Below, piece after piece: positions 1 to 14,829 of a DNA stretch of 64,000 nucleotides. Position 1 is the first letter of the stretch, and every line of letters starts with the position of its first letter. The DNA comes from Camelus dromedarius (lineage: Eukaryota): positions 43,526,001 to 43,590,000 of the forward strand of contig NC_087436.1 of NCBI RefSeq assembly GCF_036321535.1, read 5' to 3'. The notes below the pieces were generated by a model, which ran no database searches, had not been told where the DNA came from, and saw only the letters and a program-made list of their open reading frames with translations. A program made the position numbers and the translations under genes.

Positions 1-499
1 GAAGTCAATTAAAGCAGAGGATACTGCCACCCCTGATTAGCAGTATAATAGACTTAAATAATGATGCAGAAATGATGATAAGCAAACACTAATCCCAGTC
101 CCAGAAGTAGCCAAATAAATAATAGCCAAGTAAACAACAGGTAGGAATATAGGAAAATAAACTGCCATGGAAAAACTGTAACAATTTTTCAAAAACAGAA
201 AGTAATCAGCATGAATATTGAAAATAAAAAAATTAAAGGACACAAAAAACCAATTTGTAATCCAAAACCAATAATTCTATTAGCATGCCAAACAACATAA
301 ATCTAAAATGCAAAGCACTAAGAAGATAGCAGAGAATATCATTAGTATTACTGTCACGCTTTTTTATTTTATTTGTTAGAATGTGGCATAATCTTCAGAT
401 TAAGAGATTTTGAGACAGAATGTAAATAGTGTCATCAATTTATGCCCTGCAGAATCCTTTGGGAACAACAGCACAAATAATTCAAATTATTGTATTTTG

Positions 500-1225
500 A
501 TGGAAAACAGAATGGAGATTCCTCAAAAAACTAAAAATAGACTTACCATATGATACAGCAATCCCACTCCCAGGGATATATCCAGAGGGAACTCAAATTC
601 GAAAACATATATGCACCCCAGTGTTCATAGCAGCACTATATACAATAGCTAAAACATGGAAACAACCTAAATGTCCATCAATAGATGACTGGATAAAGAA
701 ATTGTGATATGTTTATACAATGGAATACTACTCAGCCATAAAAATGAATAAAATAATGCCATTTGCTGCATCATGGATGGACCTGGAGATGGTCATTCTA
801 AGTGAAGTAAGCCAGAAAGAGAAAGAAAAATGCCACAGGATATCACTCATATGCGAAATCTAAAAAAAGAAAAAAGAAGATACTAATGAACTCACCTATA
901 AAACAGAAACAGACTCGCAGACATAGTAAACAATCTTATGGTAACCAAGGGGTAAGGGGGTGAGAAGAGATAAATTTGGAGTTCGAGATTTGCAAATATT
1001 AATTACTATATATAAAAATAGATAAAAACAAATTTCTTTTGTATAGCACAAGGAACTATATTCAATATCTTGCGATAACCTTTAATGAAAAAAAATATGA
1101 AAATGAATATATGTATGTATATGTATGACTAGGACATTATGTTGTACACCAGAGATTGACACATTGTAACTGAATATGCTTCAATTAAAAAAATTTTTTA
1201 AATGAAATTAAAAAAGGAAAAAACC
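500..1225 (+). mobile_element. 5'-truncated LINE-1 (end of ORF2, 3'UTR and A-rich tail) with perfect 17-bp TSD
   Basis: Typical L1 3' sequence (ggagattcctcaaaaaactaaaaatagacttaccatatgat...cagcaatcccactcc) ending in an A-rich tail; direct repeat caaattattgtattttg at 483-499 and 1226-1242. Confidence 0.95.
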
Positions 1226-2319
1226 CAAATTATTGTATTTTGCAAACTATACTCCCTCACATATGTTCCTATGAAGTTATAATGATTGTAGGTTTTGTCA
1301 TTAAATCAGGCCTGGGTTCCAATTTAAATATCACTTTTAGCTGTCTAAACTTGAGCAAATTATTTGATCGCTGTTCCTTATAATGTACATTTCAAAGTGC
1401 ATATTAATAATATTCCCTCAAAGATTAGATGTAGGGATGTAAAATTACATCCACAAAATGTCTAGCACATAAAAAGCATCTGGTTCATAAAAGGCCCAAG
1501 TCTACTAGCTTGTAGTTACTTGGCAAAATAGCCATGTCTTACAATAAATTATATCCTTAAGCAGAATGCCTCATATATAATATTTTATAAATAATCTTTA
1601 ACATGCAAATGAGACTCAAGTCATTAAAAAGTCTCCTATTTCCAGGAAAGAAATCTGCTCAAGAAAGTTTCTCAGCTTAACTCTGTTAGTGAGGTGTGCA
1701 CTCAACTCATCTGCAGTCCAGGGCTGCCTAATCCAACCAAAGCAAAACTGATGAAAATGACCCTCTTCGTCAATTAAATAGTCTTTTATCAAATTGATTC
1801 CACTTACTAATGAAATAAAGCAACAAACAGACTATAAATCTTTAGACGTGAACATAGAAGTGAGGTAGTGAGCATTAAAAGCTCTTAGTGGAATGGTCTG
1901 AACACTAGTAGTGTTCAAATTAAAAGGCACAAGTAGATAGATTTCAGCCATAAAATATGATGGACTTGTCTTTCAATAAACCATTTCTAAGAATTAAGTA
2001 GGAATGTTCCGCTTTATAATTGAGGAGTGTTGACCGAATTTAAAAAGTTCCTCAGTTTTGCCCAACAAAGCCAAGATTTTTAATATGCTTCTCATTATTA
2101 TTCAAACAGGAAAAAATAGTATACAATAGTATTCACTGGGACAACCAATGCCACCAGCCATGGTGAAGGTAATCACAGAGAACTAGTGTCTGAAGTTAGA
2201 TGTTTCCACTCTGTCCCTCAGCTGTTTCTAGTCCAATAGCTTGCGCTCAGAGTGGTACTGGGTGGAACAAATCTGGACAGGTGATTTGATCATCTTGTGT
2301 CCCTCCTTAAATGAGAATC

Positions 2320-2484
2320 TTTTTTTTTTACATTCTTTTTTTAAATTTCTTTCTTTCTTTTTTTGCAACTGGAGGTAATTAGGTTTGTTTATCTATTTAT
2401 ATTTTTAAGGGAGGTACTGGGAATTGAAACCAGGATGTCATGCATGCTAACCACTTACTCTACCACTGAGCTGGACCCTTCCCC
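2320..2484 (-). mobile_element. tRNA-derived SINE, camelid Vic-1-like
   Basis: Reverse strand reads ggggaagggtccagctcagtggtagag...ggtttcaattcccagtacctcc...aaacctaattacctcc followed by an A-rich tail; pol III A/B-box-like motifs. Confidence 0.85.
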
Positions 2485-3658
2485 TGAAAATCTGATGATG
2501 TTACTTTTCTGCTTATACTCTTTTTAGGTGCTGTGCATAATATGAATTATTCACGCATGGGAGGCAAATACAGTAACTCATCTTCACTCTCCCCCTTCAG
2601 AAGCCCAGAGCATTCCTCAACCACAACCTCCCAGGCACTCTGGTCCACTTAGCTTGCCTGAGTCTGGGAGTTTTTCTCCAGACTGCTTCAGGCAGCCACT
2701 TCCAATCAACCAAAGACGGCCATGAAATAAAACCTATTTGCCTCCTGAATACACTGCTAATTGGAAGAGTGCTCTGCCCAGAGGAGGGTCTAGGCAGCAG
2801 AGGATTCACAGGTAGGGCAGAGTCAGAGAAGAAAGATGTAGACAGTGCCAGTCCAAGTAAGGAAAGTGATGTGTGGGCCCCATGTCACCTGCATTTTTAC
2901 CCTGCTGGCCAGATAATCCTTTTATGCAGATGGTGTCTTGGGATCCTAGGCTGATGCCATTGACAATCAATTATATAATTATCTTCCTCTTCCTCTGGTC
3001 CCCTGCTTATGTAAAAATCTTCTGTTAATATTTCGTTCCCATACAATTTTATTTGCCTATAGAGTTAGAATACCACGCCCATGATGGCACTACTATTTAA
3101 ACGTTTTGTGACACATATATATCAAGTCACACAGTAATCAAGAAGCAGTGCCAGGACTCAAACCTAATTCTTTCCAGGTGTCAGATTTAGCTAGCTTTCC
3201 AATTTACATTACTGTGGCGCTAGTAGATAGGAAATGCTGCTTTGTTCTGCTTTGATCCGATGGTTTGATTTTGTAAAAGCAGATTTCCAAAAAGTTTTCT
3301 TTACAGTGACCTAGCCATTCCATTTGAGGTCTAGGCAAGCTTGGCAGCTTGGAGTCATAGATCTGCCCCATCCACTGACTCCACAGTAGGAGAGAAGAAA
3401 AGTAACCTCTAATGTCCAGAAACCGGTCTGATGCTCACAACTAGGTCTTACACGCACGCCACTTCAACTTGGACTATCATTAACAGCTAAGCTTTGCTCT
3501 GCTGTTGGAGAACATAACAGAACATGAACTTCAGTGTTAGACAAGGTCACTCTGGGACTGTAACGGAGTGAGAACAAAACGAGTTCACTCTGCAACCCAC
3601 ACAACCCCAAATGCCTTCCTCTCACTAAGCCGAAATAATGATACTTGTTTACCAATTA

Positions 3659-3735
3659 CAATTGACTCTTGAACACCATGGGTTTGAATTGCATGGGTCC
3701 ACTTATAGGCAGATTTTTTTTTCAATAAATACCTA
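3659..3735 (+). mobile_element. Tigger2/MER28-like DNA transposon terminal fragment
   Basis: caattgactcttgaacaccatgggtttgaattgcatgggtccacttataggcagattttttttcaataaata resembles the Tigger2 terminus and is preceded by TA. Confidence 0.7.
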
Positions 3736-5267
3736 CCACAGTAAAAAAAAAAAAAATGTTATGTGACAATACATTGGAACTCTGTTTTATACATCACTTC
3801 CTGTGAGGTCAGTTAACATGAATTCACCTCTAAGAAACTGGTCAATTCCTGATGTGTTGACAAACATAATTTCTGAGCCTACAAAGTAAGAATTCAATCC
3901 AGAACCATGATGCTCTCCCCAAAATCTATGTCATCTTATGATGTATCATAACAAGGAAATAGCTGGAGTTTATTGCTAATGCGACCTCTTTCCCACCAGA
4001 CCCTCAAAATTTAACACATGGAAGACAGGTCCCTTGTGATCTGAGCCTCATTTTTTTTAACCAATTTTACCTCTGATGAAGTCCAACAGTTAGTACCAAC
4101 AGCAGGAGTGTCACCCACTGCAGTGTTGGTGAAAGAAGATAGGATGCATAGAATCTCAAGTTAATGAAGCAAAATATAAAATAGGAGAATGATAAACAAC
4201 ATTGGAAGTTGGAAGCATCAAAAGCTTGTAGTATTAACCTGGTTGTAATATGATATGGAAAATGGGTCTAGATCCAAAAGCTCTGTCAATAAGGAGACTT
4301 TTAGGAGTTCTGTTGTATTGTGATGCTTCGTGCTTTGGCAGAAAGACGGTAGCTGAAAGCAGCTGCGTGACTCTTGTACCCCTCTACTCAAACCAACCTT
4401 GTGCACAAACCCTAGGCCTAGCTATCTTGATTACTTGCTGCTCTGGAATTGGTATGTTTCCCACACTCCTGTGCCTTCGCACATACTTTTCCTTTTTTCC
4501 AAAATATCCCTTTACTCAAGCCTTCCCCTCCTTCTGCTCCCACAGCATTTACGGAATTGGAATTTAAATTGTCCCTGTATATTTCCTTTATAATTGGGTA
4601 AGTTCCTTAAAAGCAGAGCCCTTTTTATGTCATTTTCATTTCATTAAAGTGCCTTTCACAGAACTTTATGTACAGCAAAGATATGTAATTTGATCATTGA
4701 ATTACTCATTATAATATATTGATGGGAAATCTTGATGCTTTTATAATGGTTGAAGATATTTATTCACTTATCTGACAAATGCATATTGAGGTTTTTGTTT
4801 TCTACTTCTTTAACGTGTCAGACTTTGTGCCAGGAATGGGAGATATGAAAGTGACTCAATCTTGACCATTAAGAAAACTACAGTCTTAGCAGAAAGTTGA
4901 CACTTTTACTCAGTCATGTTGCTATCCAAATTCCCACAAAATACACATAGACTATAAATGTTTCATTGAACTATTTAAATAATAGATTAAAGGTGAGAAT
5001 TTTAATTTATGCATTGGTTATTCATCAAGTCTTTATGTAACTGAGCAGGACTATATTGACATCATTTGTGACCATCTGATATCTGTAATGGTGCTCATAA
5101 CTGCTTAACTGCATAATGGTTTAAAGGGTTTTTCTCATGCTCTTGCTGACCAAGGTTGGGCTGGAGAGGAGGGAGGCTTGGGTGGTCCACCCAACTACCT
5201 CATGGTGCTGTGTGCAGGGATCCTGCTCAGTGCCCTGCTCTTGACTCTTTGCGACTTCCTTGTATCC

Positions 5268-5765
5268 TGTTGTTCAAGCTGCAGGCTTCAGCCTGTAGCA
5301 GGAGGTCCCAAGCCTCAGCCTGCCTAAAAGTCTAAAAGCATTTATCAGCCTGACTTTAAAATGCACAAGTTTTTCACTAGAACTCTCTTCCATGGAGCCC
5401 CTTCCTAGGCATCCTTTGTTCCAGGTACAAGAATATTAAGAGAATCCCAAAGCTGGAGGTAGACTTCACACCCAGCAGAGGGAAGGGGACCACTGCATCT
5501 GCGAAAACAAGAACAACTTTGCAACAATTCTTTACCTTGTATATGATCTCTCTATGGAAACTAGGTCTGCCCCTTGAACTCTTGGACTTTTACTGTAAAA
5601 CCCCTTGTCTTCTTTCCCCAGTAGGCTGATAGTCTTAGAAGCATTAGCCCACGGTGACCTCCTTTGCCTGGCAAAGAAATAAAGCTGCCTCTTCTACTTC
5701 TTCCAAAACTCTGTTCTTGAGTCTCAATTCAGTAAGTGGGGTACGAGGGCCAAGTTTTGGCAACA
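5268..5765 (+). mobile_element. Solo ERV LTR (ERV1-like; left boundary uncertain)
   Basis: TGTTG...CAACA termini; AATAAA near 5678 followed by a U5-like segment ending ggcaaca. Confidence 0.65.
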
Positions 5766-8700
5766 TTTATAGATTAATTTCCTCTGCTTAATAAATATAG
5801 TTTCAGCATAGAACTACAATGTGCATCAAAGATGAATTTGACAAATAACCCCACATTCTCCCAATTTTCCATTACTGAGACTCACTGACTTGCTCAGTGA
5901 TAATGATGAAACAGTACATTTAGTGCATTAACCTTCAATAACCAAATCAAAGGCAGATTTTTATTACTTATGTCCAAACTATTCAGTTTAACGTTAGCCC
6001 ATTTCCTCTTCAAAACCACATCAAAAAACAAAAATGCTACAGATTCATGTGTCTGGTTTATTAATTCAGTAATTGTAACATTTAGAATCCACAAAACAGA
6101 AGTGTTGTTTGACCCCTAAAAAGAATATATTTACTATAGTTTAACAACATTTTTTTATCTTAATGAAATTCATATATCAGCTTTTCTCAATGCAGCATCT
6201 AAATATCAATTAAAAACACTAAAAAGTATACAGAAAAGGAAAAAATTTGCATGCTAATTTTTTACATTCTAGGTATAAAATTCTGTGCTAACAGGCAAAT
6301 GCTGTACAAAGTTATACAAAGTATACTTAATAATTATACTAAGCAAAGTCCTGGGCCCACAAACAAAATTGCAAAGCCTAGATAATGACAGCAAGTGCAA
6401 GACTAAAACACAAAACAAATTGAAAAACAAGTCATGTTACCTTGTTACCAGTTTTTAAAACTGAAAATATTATTCAAGATACACTCCAGCCTATATTTTT
6501 CTTTGACAATTTTAACTTTTCCTTTAAAAAATTTTTCTTTGGAGTCTAATTTTCCTGTCAAATCTCATGTTCTTGGTAAAGATTTCTTTAAATCAAGTTT
6601 GACATTTACCACTTACTTGTTTATCCCAGTATGTTTACTGAGCTCCCATCATTAGCTTCCAGGCACTGAGGATCCTGAGACTGAAAAAACAGATAAGGCT
6701 CCTGCCACAAAAAAGCTTTCTCTAGAACACACAAGGAAGTAGAAAGAGAAATAATAACCAGAGAAGAAATCAAAATCTAATTTCTACAACTCAATTCAGT
6801 TCCCTGGAGTCATATACCTATCTTGAGGAAAATCAGAAAATATAGACCCTAAATTTAGTCACAAACCTTAGTCTAGATGTATTTTCTAGTAACTATTTAG
6901 AAGAAATCAGCAGTCACTGGGACTCAGCCCCAGCAGCACTAGTCATCACCCTTATCCTTAAGACTGTGTTGCATTAAGCTTTCCAAAAATAGGATTCACA
7001 TTTTCAAATTCACATGTTCCTTTATGTATCCCCAACAGATCTCTCCTCCAACAGAGAAACATTATGTTCTTCCTAGACTATCATTTAAACCACAATTCGG
7101 AGACTTGAATGTAAAAAAATCAGGAGCTGGACTAGCTCTCTAAGGCCCCTATTGGCTCGAAATTTTAGGAAACAGCAGGTGCCACTCCTTCACAATCTGA
7201 ATACCCACATGCTGGGGCCTTTTCTCCCTCAGGTTACAGAAAGATAACTGAGCAGGTGTGCAATCAGATTGTTATTCACATTAGAAACGCTATGGAATCA
7301 CATCTGATTTTACCCTACGTCATTTCCATCAATGATAGGCTGCAATAAAGGTTACACACATTATTATGTTGACATAGGACAGTTATCTATGTATATAGAT
7401 ACATAGGCGACAGTTTGATTTTACGATTAACCACGTGAGTTTTGAAATCAGGCAAGTGTGGATCTGAAGCCTAGCTATGTCACAGTTGATGTGATCTACA
7501 CAAGTTCTACAGCCATGCTGTGCTTCAGTTTCCACTTCTATGAAATGGGAATAATAAAAATCTACATCAAAGTATGATATGTCTGAGGTCCTTAGTAGGC
7601 ACTAAAGATGTCAGCTATTACTGCAATAACACATTGCCATTGAAGAGAACACAGAATAAGTATCTGTGGAAAGTCCCCTAATATAAGAAAACATAAATAC
7701 AGAAAAAATATCTTGAAGATGCTATTATCTCTAAATGTCATAGCAAATTGTCCCATTTCCATAAGACTTGGATCTCTTTTCAAATTCCATTCCAAACACT
7801 AAAACTTCTCTATGGTTTCCAAATAGGGCTTTTAAGCTATTGAACAAAAATAGGTATATCTGAACAACTTTATGGTATATGTCTAACACATTTATAGATG
7901 AGGCCAATACAGATAAGGAGAATAGAATCTATAGAAGAGACTTTTGAAACATTTAGAGAATTCAAGGTGTTGAACTCAAATATAGACTCCAAAATCTAAC
8001 TGGAAAAATTCAAGCATATTATTTTTCAAAATATATTACTCAAAAATTAATCCTGATCAAAAAAATGTTAAGAAAATAAGTAAAAAGTACAAACTCAAAT
8101 CAATTTTCAACATTAAAATATTCCATTTAAAAGGGGCTCATATGGACTTGATAAAGTGCTCATATGATTCACTGGAAAGTCTCTCTCACTTTCTTTCTCT
8201 TCCTCCATCTCTCCCTTCCTTTCTTTCTACCTATTTTGTTTTTAGAATGGTAGAGATTGTATTCATTTTTTTAAACTTTTATTAAGGATTATTATATTGA
8301 GCAAATCTCTTATCCTCTCAGTATCCTAATTACCTTGCTTAGAAAGTAGGAATGATAGTAACTTTACCTATTGAACAGGGAAAGGAATTATACTTGTCTA
8401 AAGCCTTTAAAACAAGCTTCATCTTGCCATAAAACTGTACACAAAAAGATACTGAAGTGCTGATCACTGAAATTTTATATAAATATTTCATATCATAAAT
8501 ATTAACTATTCAGGCAATATTTAATATAGCACAATTCTAGTGTTATCAGATAGTGTGGATAGTTACAATGGGAAGAACTAGCAACAACAGATGTGAACAA
8601 CTATGTAAACTACCCCAACACACAAGCTAATGTTAGTTCTTTTACTGTGACACAGGCAACCTGGGCCTCATGGTGTATCTTGTTCTAATCATTGATTGAG

Positions 8701-10698
8701 CTATTATATCAGAAAATTATACATCTGGAAGAAACCTTAGAGATGTCAATGGATTTTCAGTCCAGTAGATTTTTTTTTCCCTAATGATGATTTCCTAGAT
8801 GTAGTCATTATCATGTTTCTGAAGGATACAGTCTGTATGCAGTTTTAATGTAGATTTGTAGTAAGTGAAACTGATGGACCCAAACCAAAACTACATATGT
8901 TATGTAGGAAAATAAAAACCTAATTAGTAATTATTTTTCCACTCATTAACAATGGCTAATGATGTATTTTGTAACTCCACCAAATCCAATCTTTTCTATC
9001 ATGCTGATGTGTTTGTGATTCCCTAATTTTAGTCCTTTCAGAGTAATATTTACCAATAGAAATAACTTTTATGTCAGTGCTACTCTCGACACTACCCTAA
9101 TTCTACACTTTCTGCAAAGTCAATCAGACCTATAGGGTAAGTTCTTAGCCTAATTCTCTCAATAGAACTGACACATTTTCTAGTTGTCAGTGCCCTTATT
9201 TAACAGCAGAAAAGTTAATTTTCTCTTCCTGATCCATAATTTCAAATGAGTCTCATAATAACATAATAATTACAAAATATATAATTACATAATAATAATC
9301 ATGTAAAATAAATAGATCTGTTTACTTTTTTGGATGGTCACACACTCAATTGCAACGTCAGGACTAGTAGCCTTTCCACTGCATTATTCCCTTTAAAATA
9401 TATACACATTCCCTTATATGTGTGTGTATGTCTGTTTTAATACATATGTATTGGTAACACACTCATTGAAAAAAATCCAAGCAATACAGAATGTATTTAT
9501 TAAGATTGCTTATGTCAACTTGAGAGAGTCCTATTCACCAAAGGCAACCCACCATTGACAGTTTCGTGTCCTTCAGAGCTTTACTATGGCTACGCAGGCA
9601 ATGCACAGAAGCAGGTTCAAGCATAGTATTCTACACCTTTCTTTTCTTTCTTCTTTTTTCTTTTTTTACTTTGGCCATCTTTCCACCCCAGAACATACAC
9701 ATTTATTTATTTTATTTAAAAAGCTCTCTATTCACCAGTCCACTCTTAAACGTGCATATTTTCTTTTAAGGTGCCTATTTTAAGCACATTAAACATTTTG
9801 TAATGCCCCAACTGTAACTAAAAAATTCTACAGAGTGTGAAAAATCAAGGATTTGCACTTCAAATAAGTCATCCTCTCTACTGTTTTGTATGATTTAATT
9901 TTTATAATGAAATACTTTAAATATGTATATCAGAACTTAAAAACACTTTGGTCAAATTACTTTAAATTACTATAGCAATTTGTTCTGAAAGACCATGGCA
10001 TCACTCTTCTCATATATAGTCATGCAAACACATATAAAACATTTACTATCTGTTAATGTTGATATATACAGAACATTTTCATATATGCTAATATTTTCCA
10101 GAAAGTATTCTTTGGAGATAAACTCATTGTTACTCTTTTGTAGCTTGTTTTTCTGTAATGTAAGTCAGTAAACAGGGTTTGTTTCATATGGACACATCAT
10201 AAGAGAAAGGATGGCACTGGTTTCATAATGAAACTATAGCAATAAGCAGCGAGAAAAACAAAAGATAATGAAATAGAATTTTTCGTTAAAAGGCCAACAG
10301 CAAATAATAAACAAATGTCTTCAAATTGTAAACCATATGGCTTGGGTTTCTGTCAATTATAATAAATTATTTGAGGAACACAAGTGGGTATTAAAACCCT
10401 TTTTGAAAAAAGCTAAATACAGGTTTTTCTTTAAACATTTTTCAAACGCTGCTTCTAAAATCTCTTAGCAGTTAATTGTCTTCCAAATATTACCCTCGTT
10501 CTAAGGTAAAAAATACAAAAGATAATTAGTTCCTCTGGAAGTCTCCATGTTTGCCTTATTGTTCTGAGTAGAAATATGCATATTTGCAGATCTGCCAAGT
10601 TCAACCCATTTTGCTGGAGAATTCCCAGTGCACTGGATCTTGGCCAAAGAACTAAGCTGGATTGTTGAAAGTTCCTTTTTCTCCATCTGCAAAATTTC

Positions 10699-10717
10699 AC
10701 TCTCCCTCTGCTGGCGG
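10699..10717 (-). promoter_or_regulatory. CTCF-like motif
   Basis: Minus strand CCGCCAGCAGAGGGAGAGT matches the core CCASYAGRKGG, with mismatches in the 3' part. Confidence 0.35.
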
Positions 10718-10927
10718 TCACAGACACCCTTCACAGATATTAGGTTTGGACATGCGATGAAACACACATTTGTTCCCTTTAAGCTTTACGACAATGCATA
10801 CTACAGTATCCCCTTCTTATAAGTATTTTACTTTAGAGCAGCTCTCTAACTGGCGTTCACCGTTCCCTGTGGAGCTGAATAAAGCTTTTCTGTGATGAGC
10901 TCTTCCTATAAGTTTTGCAATTCTTAC

Positions 10928-11181
10928 CATTATTTGAAGAGTTCAGAAGCACTTCTAAAAGCTGTAAGCATTTTACAATGTTTTCTTTGCACCACTGAAC
11001 AGCCCCAGCTGATGAAAGCAAAATGAAAAGGGCCAGATGTATGCTGAGAAGGGCACGATCTTTTCTGTGAGATCAGTATTTCCAGCTTTAGTCCATTGTT
11101 GAGGGTAAGGTCCTGCTTTCCTCATATGCTTTGTCTCTAAGCATGGGGATTCAGACATCGGAGATCACTATGATTTATATA
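10928..11181 (-). promoter_or_regulatory. Candidate TATA promoter and first exon ending ATG|GTAAGA
   Basis: Minus-strand TATATAAA at 11181-11174 (fits TATAWAWR), then unique sequence, then donor ATG|GTAAGA at 10928/10927. Confidence 0.35.
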
Positions 11182-14100
11182 AGTTTGTAGGGGAAAAAAG
11201 CTCTCCAACTTGCCCAAGAAGAACATGCTTACTCCATTGTTTATTTGTTTACAAAATTTTAAACACTAAAGAACATGGTGGATAAAAATAACTAATACAA
11301 ATTTTACTGTTGTGCCCCTGATTAATTATGTGACCAATATGGTAACTGTAATAAAAAATTACTAGCATTGCTAGAATTACAAATAATTTGTACAAGTCAA
11401 ATGGAGGGACTGGGAGAGGAAGGCAAATTTTGCTTTGAAAAGATTAAGTGATCAATTAGCTCATTAGAGCTTTGTTCACTATATTGGATACCAATTCTTT
11501 CTACACGGTCCATGTTGTACATAGACTGAATACAGAATGAGGGATTGGTTCCAGAAAAATTCATCATAGAGCGAACACTTTCCCCCTCAAAAATCCTATT
11601 TTTTTTTCCTTTCAGAAAAATTGGTAGTACTTTGGTTTACTGAATTTTCATTTTCTCCGAATTTCACAGTGAGGACAGAAAAAGGGTTTTTATGCCAAAC
11701 ATAAACAGCTTTAACCAAAAACAAAATATAACAAAACAGGAAATAGGATGAAAGAAAAGATTCTTGTCTTCAGTCACAAGAATTGTATGTTACAATAATA
11801 TAAGGATAATATAGCTATTATGTTTGGCTGAAAGAAAAAAAGAGACTAGAAACTCCCACTTTGATTTGATGGTTGTTAACACTTAAATGGATTAAGAGGA
11901 ACAAATTTAATTCTGTCATTACTCCCAATTATATATAATCACCAGGGGAAAAATATTATAGAAAATACAGAGCCTGAGTTTTCTAAATTTAAGCAAATTG
12001 TTATAATTATTGATCAGAACAAAAGTCAGTTATCCATCACTGTAGGAAATGTTTCAATACTACATTTGATTTAAACAAAAAGATAAGAAATTGCCACCAC
12101 TGTGGTCTAAGCGTTTTTTGACACCACAGGCAAACAAAAATACACACATTAGCAATAATCATGTCAATGCAGGGTATTCTATTCCTTAACATGAGAGAAG
12201 TTTATTAGTCTTTGCTATTTTTTCCCAGTAGTCCTACACAGTTTAAATAAGCCTTGAAAAACCATTTAAAAACTCAAGACTGTAAATTTTATATCTGGCC
12301 CACATGATGTCACATTCAACCCTTTTAATTGTTCTCATTTCCTTCCATCACTTTCTTCTCTATAACTAGAACAAGATTTCACAGACCAGTAGATATGGAT
12401 CTTAATGTGTCACTCAGGGATATACCACTAAGTAGAAGATGTCAGGACATAACCCAGAACTGAACTCCCTCTCTTTTCTCAGGAAACGAATCTTGGAATG
12501 AAAAGACAAAGCTCTCCCCTTCAATGGCCAGATCACCAAGCCAAGGATATCACAAGGAGTGCTCAGCCAGCCAGAGTTCTTCCCACCTGACCTCAATATT
12601 AAAAGTTATTGGCGGCATAAGCCCCAAGTGGCCTGAGCCCTGAGAGACAGTCCTCTAATCAGCATAATATTAAAAAAGGATTGTTTGGAGGCAATGAAAA
12701 AGGCAATAGGTTCTAAGGAAACAAACCCTCATTGGACTGTCAGAGCTACTCTTTCTCAGTGAGCTGTTGGAGGTACTTAACTTCTTGGGAAGAACTCTGC
12801 AGTGAAAGACCAGCCCTCTTCTTGCTATGTCTCTAACAGTTTTGAATGTCGCCTTCACTTCAGTGACTTCTAACCCCAGCTGGCTGTTGGGTCTGACTTC
12901 ACTAGGCCACTCTGGTGATGAAATAAAATGATCTGGATCTAAATCTTGATTCCACTACATTTGCTGGTAATTTACTGTGCAAGTTGGAAGAACGACTTAA
13001 CCTCTACGAGAGCGCATCAAATATAAAATCAAGTCATAACATTTATCTCATTCAGTTGCTATGACTATCAAAAATAACTCAAGAAAACAATTTGGCATTG
13101 TGGCACCAATCACACATTCAATAATGTCCCATATTAGTCTGAGATTATTACCCTGAGTTCTATGTACTCCAATTTAGCTTTTTTTTTTTTTTTAACACCA
13201 TTCCCTGTATCTACCTTATCCAATGTCTAGTTCCCAAAAGGGTAATATTATTTTCTTGAAAACATCCAATTCCGTGTCTGTGGATACTGTTAGCCTTAGA
13301 CAAAGTCAAACCCTCATGGAAGAGCAACATCTTCATAACTTATACCACATACTTTCATGGCTGCTCAAGATCAAGGCAGTTAAATCCTCTTTGTCATAGT
13401 CATATGTTCATCCTTTGAAGACAATAAAGAAGAGTTCTACTCTGGAGCTTAGTAAACAGTTCCCATTTACAAACTTTTGTCATCCTGAAATGAGAACTAA
13501 TTAAATTGAGTACCTGGCCTTTCAAACCCCAGATTCGTAACATACATAGCAATAGTTTTTATGGAGTTTCTTTGGCCAAAATTAGTATCTATTATCACTA
13601 AAATTAGCAACATAAGATAATTATACACTTTGAGTCAAAATAGACACTAACCTATTTTATTAGAGAGAAAAAAACTTATCTTAAAACCACAGTTAATTTA
13701 TCTTAAGGACTTTATATTTTAATGAAATTCAATATAGTTGTGACCACCTAGGATTGTAATTTTCAAACAATGTTCCATGGAGGTTCAACTGTGATGTCTC
13801 AGGGGACCTACCCAAAAGTAGGATAAAGAAGAGAGAAAAGAGGTGACCCAAGTAAGTGGGTTCCAGTTCCCCCATGCCTACTGGAACCAGAATAGTTCTC
13901 TTTTTATCTTTATTTACACCAGGTTTTATCTTGCAAAGTGGTTTTATAGCTAAGAAAACATTTGAATGTCCCTGGACTAAAAGATCTCTTCAGTTTTATA
14001 AAAATCTCTACACTCTCAAGAAAAAACACTCTAAAAAATCAAAATGGGAAATGGAAATTTAGAGTTCCTATTTAAATGGGCATATTCAGAGTCAATGAAC

Positions 14101-14829
14101 CAAGTTTTCATCTTCAAGCCTGTTTAATACTTCAACAGTCTAACTCTACCACGCAAAGGTCATGCTCCAGAGTAGGAAGAACGCGCCAAGCCAAGGACAC
14201 TTGAGTAGCTACGAACAGCAGACTCCCTTCGGTTGTGGCAAACAAGACATAAGTTTTGGATTTTTAAAAAAGTCATCTATCCCTCAAGGTCAAATAGTGT
14301 TCTTAAATTTTGCCATACAAATATTATCATTAGGAGACACACACCAATAATGAGTACCTGAGAAAAGAATACTCGATATCTTTCTCATCCTTTACCTCCA
14401 AGCCAAAGATCTCTGATTTCTGACTTTTAGAAAGAAATATTCACACATATAGACTCTTACAAGCACACATATGTTCATGCAAATTACAGGAAAACACCTT
14501 ACTTAGGTTAAGGTCTTCTAGGTCTTCAAATATGGCTCTATTTTAATATGATCATATGTCTTTTAATATGGCTCTTCTTCTATGGGAGAAGGTCATTATG
14601 TATTAGGTTTAAAAAAATCCTTCTCCCACCTAAGGCTTGTCATGATCGACAGTGGCTGACTGAGAATTGTAACCAAGTTGGAAGCTTAAGACCACTGGAA
14701 AAATTTAAAGAGTTTGATGACACTACAAATTCCTAGTCATTGGTACCAGCCCTGTCTAACAACAGTGTCCCCAATGCAACTTCCCCTCTCTCGTCCTCCA
14801 CAAACTCTACTTCAAGCTTTCCTCCTTTC

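Noticed and set aside
2154..2174. Plus-strand gccATGGTGAAG|gtaatc (Kozak ATG and donor)
   Set aside because: It is isolated, on the opposite strand to all other evidence, and has no promoter context or downstream exon
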